From a virus (Duplodnaviria; Caudoviricetes), in IMG/VR virus record IMGVR_UViG_3300031993_000006, positions 96,001 through 160,000 of that record: a stretch of 64,000 nucleotides of DNA, one strand, 5' to 3'. Under the pieces are notes generated by a model. The model was not told the DNA's origin. It searched no databases and saw only the letters and a program-made list of their open reading frames with translations. The position numbers and the translations under genes were made by a program. Below, one piece after another: positions 29,391-38,945 of this stretch; within the stretch, counting starts at the first letter, position 1, and every line of letters starts with the position of its first letter.

Positions 29391-31619
29391 ATGCTTAAAA
29401 AGACCCCCGAGAACACCTATCTATGCTCCAAGTGTCCGTTTCCGAACCCGTTTGCAACTGTGCGCCTCCTGGGCATGCACATCGCGTTCACCCACAAGAT
29501 GCCTACGAAGGAATACTACGACGAGTTTCTCAGGGAACCCGGCGAGGGGACTTGCCGCGTGTGCGGCAAGCCCACCAAGTTCAGGTCGTTGGGCGAAGGG
29601 TACAAGGAGACATGTTCCCACAAGTGCGGTTCCGAGTTGATGAAGAGCGACCCGTCCAAGATGGCAGCCAAGAAGGCTAAGACCGAGGCTACCTGCATGG
29701 CCAGGTACGGCGTGTCGAACGGGGGCGCTTCCGCGGCGGCGCTGGAGAAGGCGCAGAAGACCAACATGGAGCGACGCGGGGTCGCCTGGAATATGCAGTC
29801 CCGCGAAGTCGTGGAAAAGTCCAAGAATACCTGCAAGGAAAAGTACGGCACGACCACCTATGTCCACAGTTCGGAAGGTGCCGCCCGTGTGGAGAGCAAG
29901 GTTATGGAGCGGTACGGACGCTCGAATTTCTTTTCCGGTAAGGAAGGGTATGATGCAGCCTCGCGCGGGATGATGGAGAAGCACGGGGTGGACAACGTGA
30001 TGCACGACCCGGCTGTACTCGATAAGAAGCTGGCCGACGACCGGGCGAAGCACGGCGGCAAGCTGTTCGTGGAGACCGAGGAGTTCAAGAGGAAATCCAG
30101 GGACACTCAGTTTGCCGAATACGGCACTTGGTATAGCGCTTCCGAGGAGGGGCGTGCCCGCTACCGTGAAAGCATGATGGGGAAGCACGGGGTTCCCGAG
30201 TATTTCCAGAGTGATGAATTCAAGGGGAAGTCCATGGCAACCATGCTTGACACCCGCGGGGTGGAGAACATTTCGCAGACACAGGAATGGCGGGACAAGG
30301 TCGCCTGGACTTCGATGGAAAAATATGGGGTCGCCCACTTTATGCAGTCGCCGGAAGTCAAGGCGAAGGCGGTTGCCACCAATCTCGAACGGTACGGGGT
30401 GAGTAATTTTGCGCAGACCCTTGCCTGGTATGGGAAGTTTACCGAGACATCGATGGCAAATTGGGGAGTGCCCCATCCTGCACAGAGTAAGGAAGTACAG
30501 GAAAAGAAGGATGCCACCAATCTAGAACGGTATGGCGCACTTAGCTACATGCAGAGTGATGAATACCGTAACCGTATGATGGAAAAGTATTTTAAGATGT
30601 TGGACCTGTACGGCTGTGAACTTGTCGGGCGTCCGTCGAGCGAATCGGTCACTTACCGTTGCTCGAAGTGCGGGCAGGAAATGACCGAACAGATTCAGCT
30701 GGTGAAGGACAGGATTGCGCATGAGGTCACCCCGTGTACATGCTGCCACCCGAAGGATGCCATCGTATCTCTCGAGGAAAGTGAACTGTGCAAGTTTGTC
30801 GAATCCCTTGGTGTCAAGGTTGACCATTACGACCGGGATTTCCTCGGGAAATACGGTGCGGACATCGTAGTGGAGTCTGTAAAGGTGATTATCGAGTACG
30901 ACGGGGTGTACTGGCATTCGGAGCTGTACAAGGACAGCGGGTACCACCTGGAAAAGAAGTTGCTTGCCGAGGACAAGGGTTACCGCCTCGTCCACATCTT
31001 TTCGGACGAGTGGGTGTACAGCAGGAAGATTGTGGAGGCAAGGCTGCGCTACCTGTTCGGGTGTCCTGGGATGGAGAAGGTGTACGCCCGTGACTGCGAG
31101 GTGAAGGAAATCGCCCCCGCGGTCTACCGCGATTTCCTTGACGGCAATCACATACAGGGTTCGGTGAACTCCAGGTGGGCGTACGGGTTGTACCATGGGG
31201 AGCGCCTGGTGTCGGTGATGACTTTCGGCATGGGCAGGTTCGATTCCGGGAAGGTGGAACTGCTTAGGTTCTGTTCGGAGAACGGCGTGTCTGTCCCGGG
31301 TGCGGCAGGGAAGCTGTTCAGACATTTCGTGGACGGGCATCCCGAGGTCGGCGAGATACTGACCTATGCCGACATGAGGTGGAGCGTTGGTGACGCGTTC
31401 TATACGAAGCTCGGGTTTACTTTGGATTCCATGAGTGCCCCCGGGTACTACATAGTGGACGGCGACCGTCGTTACAACCGTATGAACTACCAGCGCCACA
31501 AGATTGCCGGGCCTGGCGACGAGGGGAAGACCGAGCATGACATTACATTGGAGAGAGGGCTGTACCGTATTTATGACTGTGGGCAGTACAAGTATGTGTG
31601 GAAGAGGGGGCTGGTATGA
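29391..31619 (+). CDS. second Hef-like putative homing endonuclease, paralog with expanded (E/K)(R/K)YG repeats
   Basis: Same architecture as 27782-29389: GADIVV..IEYDGVYWH, ELLRFC..TYADMRWS, RIYDCG. Confidence 0.75.
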   Translation: MLKKTPENTYLCSKCPFPNPFATVRLLGMHIAFTHKMPTKEYYDEFLREPGEGTCRVCGKPTKFRSLGEGYKETCSHKCGSELMKSDPSKMAAKKAKTEATCMARYGVSNGGASAAALEKAQKTNMERRGVAWNMQSREVVEKSKNTCKEKYGTTTYVHSSEGAARVESKVMERYGRSNFFSGKEGYDAASRGMMEKHGVDNVMHDPAVLDKKLADDRAKHGGKLFVETEEFKRKSRDTQFAEYGTWYSASEEGRARYRESMMGKHGVPEYFQSDEFKGKSMATMLDTRGVENISQTQEWRDKVAWTSMEKYGVAHFMQSPEVKAKAVATNLERYGVSNFAQTLAWYGKFTETSMANWGVPHPAQSKEVQEKKDATNLERYGALSYMQSDEYRNRMMEKYFKMLDLYGCELVGRPSSESVTYRCSKCGQEMTEQIQLVKDRIAHEVTPCTCCHPKDAIVSLEESELCKFVESLGVKVDHYDRDFLGKYGADIVVESVKVIIEYDGVYWHSELYKDSGYHLEKKLLAEDKGYRLVHIFSDEWVYSRKIVEARLRYLFGCPGMEKVYARDCEVKEIAPAVYRDFLDGNHIQGSVNSRWAYGLYHGERLVSVMTFGMGRFDSGKVELLRFCSENGVSVPGAAGKLFRHFVDGHPEVGEILTYADMRWSVGDAFYTKLGFTLDSMSAPGYYIVDGDRRYNRMNYQRHKIAGPGDEGKTEHDITLERGLYRIYDCGQYKYVWKRGLV

Positions 31620-32671
31620 CGGAGAAGAACGGAAAGGAAGAAATCGTCATCGATTCTAGCGTGGCCGGGATGGGATGCGGCGAGCCGAATTTCATTGCTT
31701 GTTATAAGAAGGTGGCCGCCAAGGTGGGCGAGGAAGCGGCTATTGGGTTGTACTCGGGGATGACTCCGGGAAAATCCGCGTTCATCCTGGCGTCCGATAC
31801 GAAGCTGGACAATTTCAGTGTGAGGTGGACGTTGCCGAGGCTGATTGAGATTGTCGATAACGGGTACCGGACCAGGAACCAGGTTCTGCATTGCCAGCAA
31901 CATGATAAGCCGGATACCGGTTATTGGTATGACGACTATGACCGCGACGAGTTCTTCGGCACTACCGATACGGTCACATATGCGAGGTGGCTATATAACC
32001 GGTTCGGTGCGGGGAAGGTTGCCAAGGTGTTCGGGGTGTCGGTGGAGTTTGCTGAGTGCCTGGGGAACAGTTCGATACCCGGGCGTACCCCGGTGGCGTC
32101 GTTGGACGGCGATATCGGAAAGGTGAAGGAACTCGAGGAAGCTGCAGAACTGAGACACGAGGCTGCCTATCGGAATGCCGAGAACCTCCGGGAGTTCCGC
32201 GACGGCGGTTCTAGGAAGCTCAAGGTTAGGATGAACCGGCTACTGGAGGTGCCCGGCATGTTTGTCCTCAAGAGGCTGATAGAGGCGGAAGAGTTCAACA
32301 TCGCGGCGAAGAACTGTGCATGGAAATATGTCGACTACAACTACGACAAGAAGCGCGAGAAGTTGTTGGAGGCTATAGGGAAACTGCCTGAAGCCGGATG
32401 GAAACGCTGGTGGCAGAAGGATGCGGGCGGACATGCAGCCTATATCTTCTATGTCGAGCTTCCCGGAGGTGTCCAGGTGAGCTGGCACGGTATGGATGTC
32501 GGGGACATGAGGGATGTCCCGGAGGACCCTGATGGGAAGTGGGACGGACGCTTGGCGTCGACGTTGCCGAAGCTTGTAGACTGTGTGCTGCGGATGTGCC
32601 CGTCGATAACGGATACGAAGTTCGACCGTGCAAGGTGCCTTGTGGAAATCAAGGCGAACATGAATAGCTAG
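31616..32671 (+). CDS. hypothetical protein
   Basis: ATGA overlap with the upstream gene; long ORF; no family recognised. Confidence 0.7.
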   Translation: MTEKNGKEEIVIDSSVAGMGCGEPNFIACYKKVAAKVGEEAAIGLYSGMTPGKSAFILASDTKLDNFSVRWTLPRLIEIVDNGYRTRNQVLHCQQHDKPDTGYWYDDYDRDEFFGTTDTVTYARWLYNRFGAGKVAKVFGVSVEFAECLGNSSIPGRTPVASLDGDIGKVKELEEAAELRHEAAYRNAENLREFRDGGSRKLKVRMNRLLEVPGMFVLKRLIEAEEFNIAAKNCAWKYVDYNYDKKREKLLEAIGKLPEAGWKRWWQKDAGGHAAYIFYVELPGGVQVSWHGMDVGDMRDVPEDPDGKWDGRLASTLPKLVDCVLRMCPSITDTKFDRARCLVEIKANMNS

Positions 32672-32719
32672 AAGGCGGACCCTTTCCTGCTTTGTGAACT
32701 ACGCGGGCTGGCCGGGATA

Positions 32720-32753
32720 GCCCCGGGAATTCTCGACGGATTCCCGGGGTTTC
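32720..32753 (+). terminator. hairpin / terminator
   Basis: CCCCGGGAAT..ATTCCCGGGG followed by TTT. Confidence 0.65.
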
Positions 32754-32825
32754 TCGTATTTGGTATAGTTTACAAAATGCGACGATATATAAACTATGGG
32801 GTATGTTTAACCGGGGATAACTGAT

Positions 32826-33023
32826 ATGCTCGAGAACAAGGCATCGATTGACTCCAAGACAATAAAGGCTCTGATGAGTGGCGTTATTAATGGTAACACT
32901 GCCGAAGTGTCCCGTATTGTCGGGGCATGTGTCGAGTCTGAGTATCGTAAGCGGATAGACAAGGCCACCAAGGCTGTATTCGAGTCTATAGCCGCGAATG
33001 TCAAACCGGTCATTTTAGGATAA
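32826..33023 (+). CDS. small putative prohead core protein
   Basis: Late promoter 32789-32795; directly before gp21, as T4 67/68 are; VES/FES motifs. Confidence 0.55.
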   Translation: MLENKASIDSKTIKALMSGVINGNTAEVSRIVGACVESEYRKRIDKATKAVFESIAANVKPVILG

Positions 33024-33033
33024 GGGGTGTCTG

Positions 33034-33747
33034 ATGATTCTGGTTGAAGACATAAATCCTGGCGTAGCCCAGTCTAAGATTCGCTACGAGGACCGTATTG
33101 GTCTTGATGGCAAGCCGGTTAAGAGGCTTATTATTGAAGGCTATGCGTTGGTCTGCGATATCTCCGGTATTAACGGGCGTGAGTATCCGAGGGATATTAT
33201 CGCGCGAGAAGTTGAACGGTTGAACCGTGAAGCTGTTCCTTATGGCCGTCTGGCTGCGGAACTTAACCATCCCCGCCTTGACCCGGACGGAAACTCCAGG
33301 GATTACCCGATATGCGAGCTTGACTTGTCTAAGATGTGCGCAGTCGTCGAGGAGCTCCGCATGGAAGGGAACAAGGTGTACTGCCGGATGGTGGTTGCCG
33401 AGGATATGGATGCCGGGCACAACCTTGCGGGCGCTTTGAAGGCCGGGTATCATCCGGGGTATTCAATCCGTGGTGCTGGCGATACCATCCCGAAGGGGGA
33501 CCACGAGGTTATTACCGACAATTACACCCTTATCACTATTGATGTTGTCGGCAATCCTTCCTTTGGAAAGTCGGCTATTGTAAATTCACGATATGAAAGC
33601 CAGGCAATGCCCAAGAATATGAAGGCGCTTACCGAGTCCGCCAACAATCTCAGACGGGAGGTGGCGGTCAACCATAGGCTCCGTGACTTGGGCTATCGGC
33701 AGTTCGAGGTTTCTGGTTTCATGCAGTTTGCTTACTCTCAGGTGTAA
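33034..33747 (+). CDS. gp21: prohead protease, T4 gp21-like
   Basis: INGREYP, AELNHP, GYSIRGAG, TIDVVGNPS catalytic motifs. Confidence 0.93.
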   Translation: MILVEDINPGVAQSKIRYEDRIGLDGKPVKRLIIEGYALVCDISGINGREYPRDIIAREVERLNREAVPYGRLAAELNHPRLDPDGNSRDYPICELDLSKMCAVVEELRMEGNKVYCRMVVAEDMDAGHNLAGALKAGYHPGYSIRGAGDTIPKGDHEVITDNYTLITIDVVGNPSFGKSAIVNSRYESQAMPKNMKALTESANNLRREVAVNHRLRDLGYRQFEVSGFMQFAYSQV

Positions 33748-33749
33748 AG

Positions 33750-34655
33750 ATGGAACTCAATAAGATATTGACAGAAGAAGAACTTAAGGGATTAAATCCC
33801 GATGCGGTGGCAAAGTTGGAATCCGCACATAAGGCTGAACTGGAGCAGGTGGCCAAGAATGCTGATGCCAAGAGTGCGGCCAAGTTTGAGTCGCTTGCAA
33901 ATGCGCTTGGGCAGAAGTTCAATGAACTGGTCAACAAGGCGGTCACCGAGAGTGTCGGCAAGATGCAGAACGATGCTATCAAGAGTAGGATGGCGGTAGC
34001 GCTTACTCAGATGGCTGGAATCCTTGAGAGTATCGGCATCCCGGCGACCGAGGAAACCAAGCGTCTTAAGAAGGAACTCGAGCTCAGTACTGAGAAGATG
34101 CAGAATGCCTATGCCGAGGTCGAGAGCATCAAGAAGCAGTTGAATCAGCAGGCGAAGATTACCCGCATCTATGAGTTGACCAAGGGTTGCGACAGCGATA
34201 CGGTCAACCGATGCATCGAGCGCTTCAAGAAGGAAGACCTCCGCGCTATTGACAAGGTTGCGATTGCCAACTTCATGGACAATATGGATACCGGCGACGG
34301 AAATACCTATTCAGTCGATGTGGATATTACCAAGGTTCGCCCGGGTGAACGCCCGAATTCCGCTATCATGGATAAGGTCGAGCTTGCCCTTAGCGACATC
34401 AAGGATGATGCCGATATGGATATGCCGGGGTTCCTCGCCGAGGATAATCCGGATGTTAAGCAGCCTGTTCGCCGTAGGAATATGCTTGGTGAGGCCAGTA
34501 GGCGTCCGTTCAAGCCGGAACGGGTTATGTTCCCGGCTACCGGAAGCGCGATGATGGAAGCTCAGCAGAATAACTCCCCGATGGACGAGGATGTGCGCCG
34601 CGCGATGGAAGCCGGTGCAGCCTTCGAGGGTCTCGGGTTTGGGAGATTTGGCTAA
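33750..34655 (+). CDS. prohead core/scaffold protein, gp22-like
   Basis: Helical protein right after gp21 with many xES motifs. Confidence 0.7.
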   Translation: MELNKILTEEELKGLNPDAVAKLESAHKAELEQVAKNADAKSAAKFESLANALGQKFNELVNKAVTESVGKMQNDAIKSRMAVALTQMAGILESIGIPATEETKRLKKELELSTEKMQNAYAEVESIKKQLNQQAKITRIYELTKGCDSDTVNRCIERFKKEDLRAIDKVAIANFMDNMDTGDGNTYSVDVDITKVRPGERPNSAIMDKVELALSDIKDDADMDMPGFLAEDNPDVKQPVRRRNMLGEASRRPFKPERVMFPATGSAMMEAQQNNSPMDEDVRRAMEAGAAFEGLGFGRFG

Positions 34656-34685
34656 CCGGGAATTTCGTCTCCTTGGTTCCCGGTG

Positions 34686-34716
34686 CGGCGGGGCAGTGAT
34701 GCCCCGCCGTTTTTTA
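34686..34716. terminator. intrinsic terminator after the gp22-like gene
   Basis: CGGCGGGGCA-gtga-TGCCCCGCCG plus T tract. Confidence 0.85.
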
Positions 34717-34734
34717 ATCTAGTTTAAGGCGTAG

Positions 34735-34825
34735 ATGACCTGCTGTATAATGTCAGCTTCGCGTTAATCCTAGTGGGACGCTCGCGCCTTTAACCCCCGT
34801 GTCGAGAGGCGAGTACATTACTGTA
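34735..34825 (-). ncRNA. second stand-alone omegaRNA-like scaffold with an altered 3' end
   Basis: The minus strand reads GTACTCGCCTC..GGGGTTAAAGGCGCG..TAACGCGAAGCT, shared with 1213-1312; GCTATATTA promoter-like motif at ~34832-34840. Confidence 0.6.
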
Positions 34826-34917
34826 CATATATAATATAGCATCATTCGAATTGACGGTCAACGGTATGAATTAGTTTAATATATGCAAGATAAACTGTGA
34901 AAGACGGAGACTCCCGC

Positions 34918-35841
34918 ATGAATCAGATGGATTTTAACTCAAGACCACAGAACTTTAGCCGGCGTATGCCCGGCACGATGGCAATGCCTAATCAGCAGGC
35001 ACAGCCTCAACCGGGTGGCATTTATGTCAGGCCGCTCAATAACGGTGGCGCTCGCCCGATGGGTGGTGGCAATTTTGCTCCCCGTCCCGGCATAAACCCC
35101 GGGATGAATCCGGGTATGAATCCGGGTATGGGTCCTGGGCAGGGTGGATATGCCAATGGGATGAATGGTTCCTATAATCCCGGAATGAACGGTGGCTACA
35201 ATAATGGGATGGCTCAGGTGCAAGGCGGCTATGGCCGTAGGCGCAATTTCCGCACCGAAAATATTAATGCCGGTGAAACTATTGTTGGCATGGACCGGAT
35301 GACTCCTAATGGCGAACGCTGGGACCAGGTTCGTCTAGGCGATGTTCGCGATAATCTCTCCAAGGAAGAAGCCGATGCTCGTCTTGACCAGCTCGACGAC
35401 TTTATGGAACAGATGAAGGGTACGGTTGACCTCGGTGTTGCTTCTCCGGGGAACGTGGACCAGATTCAGTCATCCATCAGGCTTCTCGTCCAGCTTTTGC
35501 TTGACCCGAATTGCTGGCTCCCGACCGATGTTATCCAGAATCATCGTGACATCATTACGAAGAAAGGTGCCATCGTCGCAAAGAATTTGTGGCAATTTGG
35601 CAATGCTATTGCGATTGCTACTAGGACTAACCAGTTGCCTCCTATCGAGGAATTAATGCCGCAGGCTCGTGACCAGCGTCGTGCCGCTGCACAACAGCAG
35701 GGTGCCGGTTCTCAACAGCAACAGGTGCAACAGCAGGTACAGCAGCAGGTCCAGCCGCAGTATCAGCAGCAACAGCAGTATCAGCAGCAACAGTATCAGC
35801 AGCAGCAGTATCAGCAGCAACAGCAGGCATATCGCCGATAG
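34918..35841 (+). CDS. protein with N/G/M/P/Y-rich N-terminus and polyQ C-terminus (prion-like composition)
   Basis: NPGM repeats and QQQQY repeats flank a ~125-aa complex core; late promoter 34890-34896. Confidence 0.75.
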   Translation: MNQMDFNSRPQNFSRRMPGTMAMPNQQAQPQPGGIYVRPLNNGGARPMGGGNFAPRPGINPGMNPGMNPGMGPGQGGYANGMNGSYNPGMNGGYNNGMAQVQGGYGRRRNFRTENINAGETIVGMDRMTPNGERWDQVRLGDVRDNLSKEEADARLDQLDDFMEQMKGTVDLGVASPGNVDQIQSSIRLLVQLLLDPNCWLPTDVIQNHRDIITKKGAIVAKNLWQFGNAIAIATRTNQLPPIEELMPQARDQRRAAAQQQGAGSQQQQVQQQVQQQVQPQYQQQQQYQQQQYQQQQYQQQQQAYRR

Positions 35842-35850
35842 AAAGTTATT

Positions 35851-38800
35851 ATGAATACGATTAGCCTTATACATCGCAAGTACAAGGAGAGTACTGAGAT
35901 AAAGGCCGCTTGGGATTCCGGGCGGGCTTATTGGGTTGAGTGGCTTTCGACGGATTCCGAGAGGAAACCGGCGTACCACTTATGTCCTCCTGTGTACGGG
36001 TGGTACACCGAAGCGTTGAAGGTCGGTAAGATACCGGAACTCGACAATGCGGTGTATTTGGCTACTCTGACTTTCGGCCCGGAATTTCCGTATGCTATTG
36101 AGCATATATGGGCTATCCCGGAACATAGGGATGTTGTCGATACGAGCGATTATGTCAATGGTGAATTGCCGGAATTTGTCGGCAATTTGTTCTTCGTGAA
36201 TGACGGCAAAAACTGGGAATTGTACACAACTTCAAATGTTGTTCCTGATGTGGTGTGGTTCTTGGTCGATTACAAGACGGCTGAGGGAACTACGAATCGG
36301 TTTGAATACTCGATGCCCATTGCGTTTCCTACGGAATCGCGCGAGGCAGGATTCTCGTTGAAAGGTTCGACTTACCATTTTAAGAATAACACGGCTGAAG
36401 ACTGCATCTTTATCGGTGAGTTGGTTTATGATAGCGCAGTTGGCGAAATCCTAGAAGTAAACTATGATGCCGATTGCGAAGAAGGCGTTGAATGTCCGTT
36501 CTATGTTGTTCAGGACGGTAACCGGTTTTCGCTTTGGACTCGCTATACCGTAAGCGATAAGCCGCATGTAGCCTTTGATGTTCCTTTGTACATAAAGTAT
36601 GTCGATGTCGTTACTGGTGATGTTAAGGAAATTGTCAAGCACTTTACGATACACGGCATAAGCATCGATATGGTCGCCGAACCGTTTGTGAAGTATGTAA
36701 GGAATCTTGCGAGCAAGATAGATTCCACTGTACAGGTCGATATACTTGGTGGAAACTTCACCGATGATATGTCGGTACGGATTGCGTTTTCAGATGAATG
36801 GGTGGATGTTATACCGTCGAGCGAAATTTTGTTCAGCAATGAAGGTACCTGGGACAAGATGAGCTTCATTATGGACGGTAACCACGCTTATAAGGTGAAT
36901 GGCGAGGAAGTATGCGCCGTATATGACCTTCAGGTCGGATATGGCGATGCACAGGGATTTGATGGTCGTGGCGGCACGGGCGATGCCAAGATGGCGCTCG
37001 AGAATAACATCGGGCTGATTCGCTATAAGTTTGACGAATCGAATGAGGAAGCTAAGAAGATTGCATCGGCCGGTACGCTCGTGACTACGGATAAGCCGTG
37101 CTTCTATAGTTCGGAAATTTCGATGGTCTATGATGCGACTGATTCTGATGGCAATATGCAGCTCAATGGAGGTGCGGCCGGAAAGTACGGGAAGACAATC
37201 TACTGGAAAGTCAATCCGAAGGTCGATTGCGAAAAGGTAAGGTTTGTAAAGGTCAAGCTTAAGTACAACAAGCGCCTTGATTATCGCCACGGCGAGATGG
37301 TTCTTGACGGAATATATCTCAGCGACGGCGATATAGTGTGGCTCGATGGCCAGCTTGACGGAACGGGTGGCCTTTGGGTCGTGCGCGCGGGGGCTGACTG
37401 GGAAGGCTTGGCGGACTATATCAACTATCCTGACGAAGCGGCTGAATTTAGCGACCCGTGTACAAGTCCGAAGCGCACCCCGCTGGCTGTGGATGATAAT
37501 GTCTTTGTCGACCTTGGTGCCCGGGTGGGTGATTCGGTCAGTTACAGGTGCGCACAGGACGTGCCGAATAAGTATGGGATGCAGTATGTCTGCGGTCATA
37601 CAACTGAACCGGGTGACCTATTGCTCCTTACTAACCAGTCCGACGGAATGAACGGGGTGTGGGAAGTTACTTGCGTCGAATGGATTTACCGTGGCGAAGT
37701 CAATGATGACGGAAGTACTGGGTTTGATGCGAGCGATGCTATTCTTTATCAGAACAACATTGATTTCTGTGCTTGCCGTGACGCGGTTCCAAATCCGATT
37801 TTCAATATCGAGTATTACTACCTGAATGCAGGTTGCTACTTGGCGAAAGCTACTCGTAAGGTGAAGATGATTTGCGCCCGTGCGGGTGCCATCGTGCCTA
37901 ATGCGAAGGTCGTGATAACTGACTACTCGATTACCGCCGGCGCAAATGATGAACTCGTTGTGGATACCCATCGGACGGCTGGGGATGGCGAGGTTGAAGA
38001 TTGCGTAAAGCCGAATGATAATTTTGAAAAGACCAGCGGCGTTGAGACAACCGTGGTTGAACGCGGTTGCGGTGTGGATGGGACATACCTTGTAGCTCCG
38101 GACTGTAACGAGATTTGCGATTGCCCGCGTTATTATACTCTCCCGAATAATTTCAGTAATTCGTCGGTGAACTCCGGGTTTACTATCGTGTTCTGGCAGT
38201 TTGGTGAAGGTGGCTGGCACTTGTATGCGTATATCTGCCGCAAGGCGTCGGGCTCCGGCGTGGAATACCTTGTGTACCATTTGCGGATATGCGGCATTGC
38301 TACTGAGCGTATGGTCGACGAGAATACCGAGGTGTTCGTTGTTGAGGAAGATGGTTCCAGTTACCGCACGAAGGATGCTTGGTTTGTCGAGCACGGGGGC
38401 GTATTGGCTGATGGGTTCTCCATGTACGACCCGGCCTGGGTATTCGTGGTTCCTGTTTTGGGTGAAGACGGTAATCCTGTCGTTGACGAATCTGGTGAAC
38501 CGGTTACCGAGGAAACTCATTATCTCGATGCTCGCACTCTGTATCAGGTATGGGCGTTGCATGGAACGGATACTTTGCACGGAGTGGAGGGGACGAAGAT
38601 TCTTGCTCACAGGGGAATGGTGGGTACTTCCGAGGTTCCCGTTGGGATGCCCCATGTGTATGGCTTCAAGTTCTTCAATGTGCCGATAACCAAGGAGCGC
38701 TTCTGCAAGCTGTATAACGAGGGGCAGGGCGGTTGCATCTGTCAGGATACTTGGAGTGGCTTGGCTACTGACCAGTGCTATGATTCTGAAGGTGAAGTCA

Positions 38801-38922
38801 TTGACTGCGACCAGATGGCATCGGTCGGACCGGCGTTCATTACTACGGATGATGGCGAGATTTTCTTGGCTGAGCGCAACTGCTATGACGAGAGCGGACA
38901 CAAGGTCGAGTGCGAAGAATAG
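35851..38922 (+). CDS. putative virion structural protein (acidic, Cys-rich, beta-rich)
   Basis: Two copies of a GD(I/L)xxLxxQxDGxxGxWxV motif, like those in phage fibre and baseplate proteins. Confidence 0.55.
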   Translation: MNTISLIHRKYKESTEIKAAWDSGRAYWVEWLSTDSERKPAYHLCPPVYGWYTEALKVGKIPELDNAVYLATLTFGPEFPYAIEHIWAIPEHRDVVDTSDYVNGELPEFVGNLFFVNDGKNWELYTTSNVVPDVVWFLVDYKTAEGTTNRFEYSMPIAFPTESREAGFSLKGSTYHFKNNTAEDCIFIGELVYDSAVGEILEVNYDADCEEGVECPFYVVQDGNRFSLWTRYTVSDKPHVAFDVPLYIKYVDVVTGDVKEIVKHFTIHGISIDMVAEPFVKYVRNLASKIDSTVQVDILGGNFTDDMSVRIAFSDEWVDVIPSSEILFSNEGTWDKMSFIMDGNHAYKVNGEEVCAVYDLQVGYGDAQGFDGRGGTGDAKMALENNIGLIRYKFDESNEEAKKIASAGTLVTTDKPCFYSSEISMVYDATDSDGNMQLNGGAAGKYGKTIYWKVNPKVDCEKVRFVKVKLKYNKRLDYRHGEMVLDGIYLSDGDIVWLDGQLDGTGGLWVVRAGADWEGLADYINYPDEAAEFSDPCTSPKRTPLAVDDNVFVDLGARVGDSVSYRCAQDVPNKYGMQYVCGHTTEPGDLLLLTNQSDGMNGVWEVTCVEWIYRGEVNDDGSTGFDASDAILYQNNIDFCACRDAVPNPIFNIEYYYLNAGCYLAKATRKVKMICARAGAIVPNAKVVITDYSITAGANDELVVDTHRTAGDGEVEDCVKPNDNFEKTSGVETTVVERGCGVDGTYLVAPDCNEICDCPRYYTLPNNFSNSSVNSGFTIVFWQFGEGGWHLYAYICRKASGSGVEYLVYHLRICGIATERMVDENTEVFVVEEDGSSYRTKDAWFVEHGGVLADGFSMYDPAWVFVVPVLGEDGNPVVDESGEPVTEETHYLDARTLYQVWALHGTDTLHGVEGTKILAHRGMVGTSEVPVGMPHVYGFKFFNVPITKERFCKLYNEGQGGCICQDTWSGLATDQCYDSEGEVIDCDQMASVGPAFITTDDGEIFLAERNCYDESGHKVECEE

Positions 38923-38945
38923 ATTTTCAATGAGGAAAGAAACTT

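Noticed and set aside
34851-34870. GTCAACGGT similarity to the IS607-like right end at 51507
   Set aside because: A 9-nt match without the subterminal repeats; insufficient.
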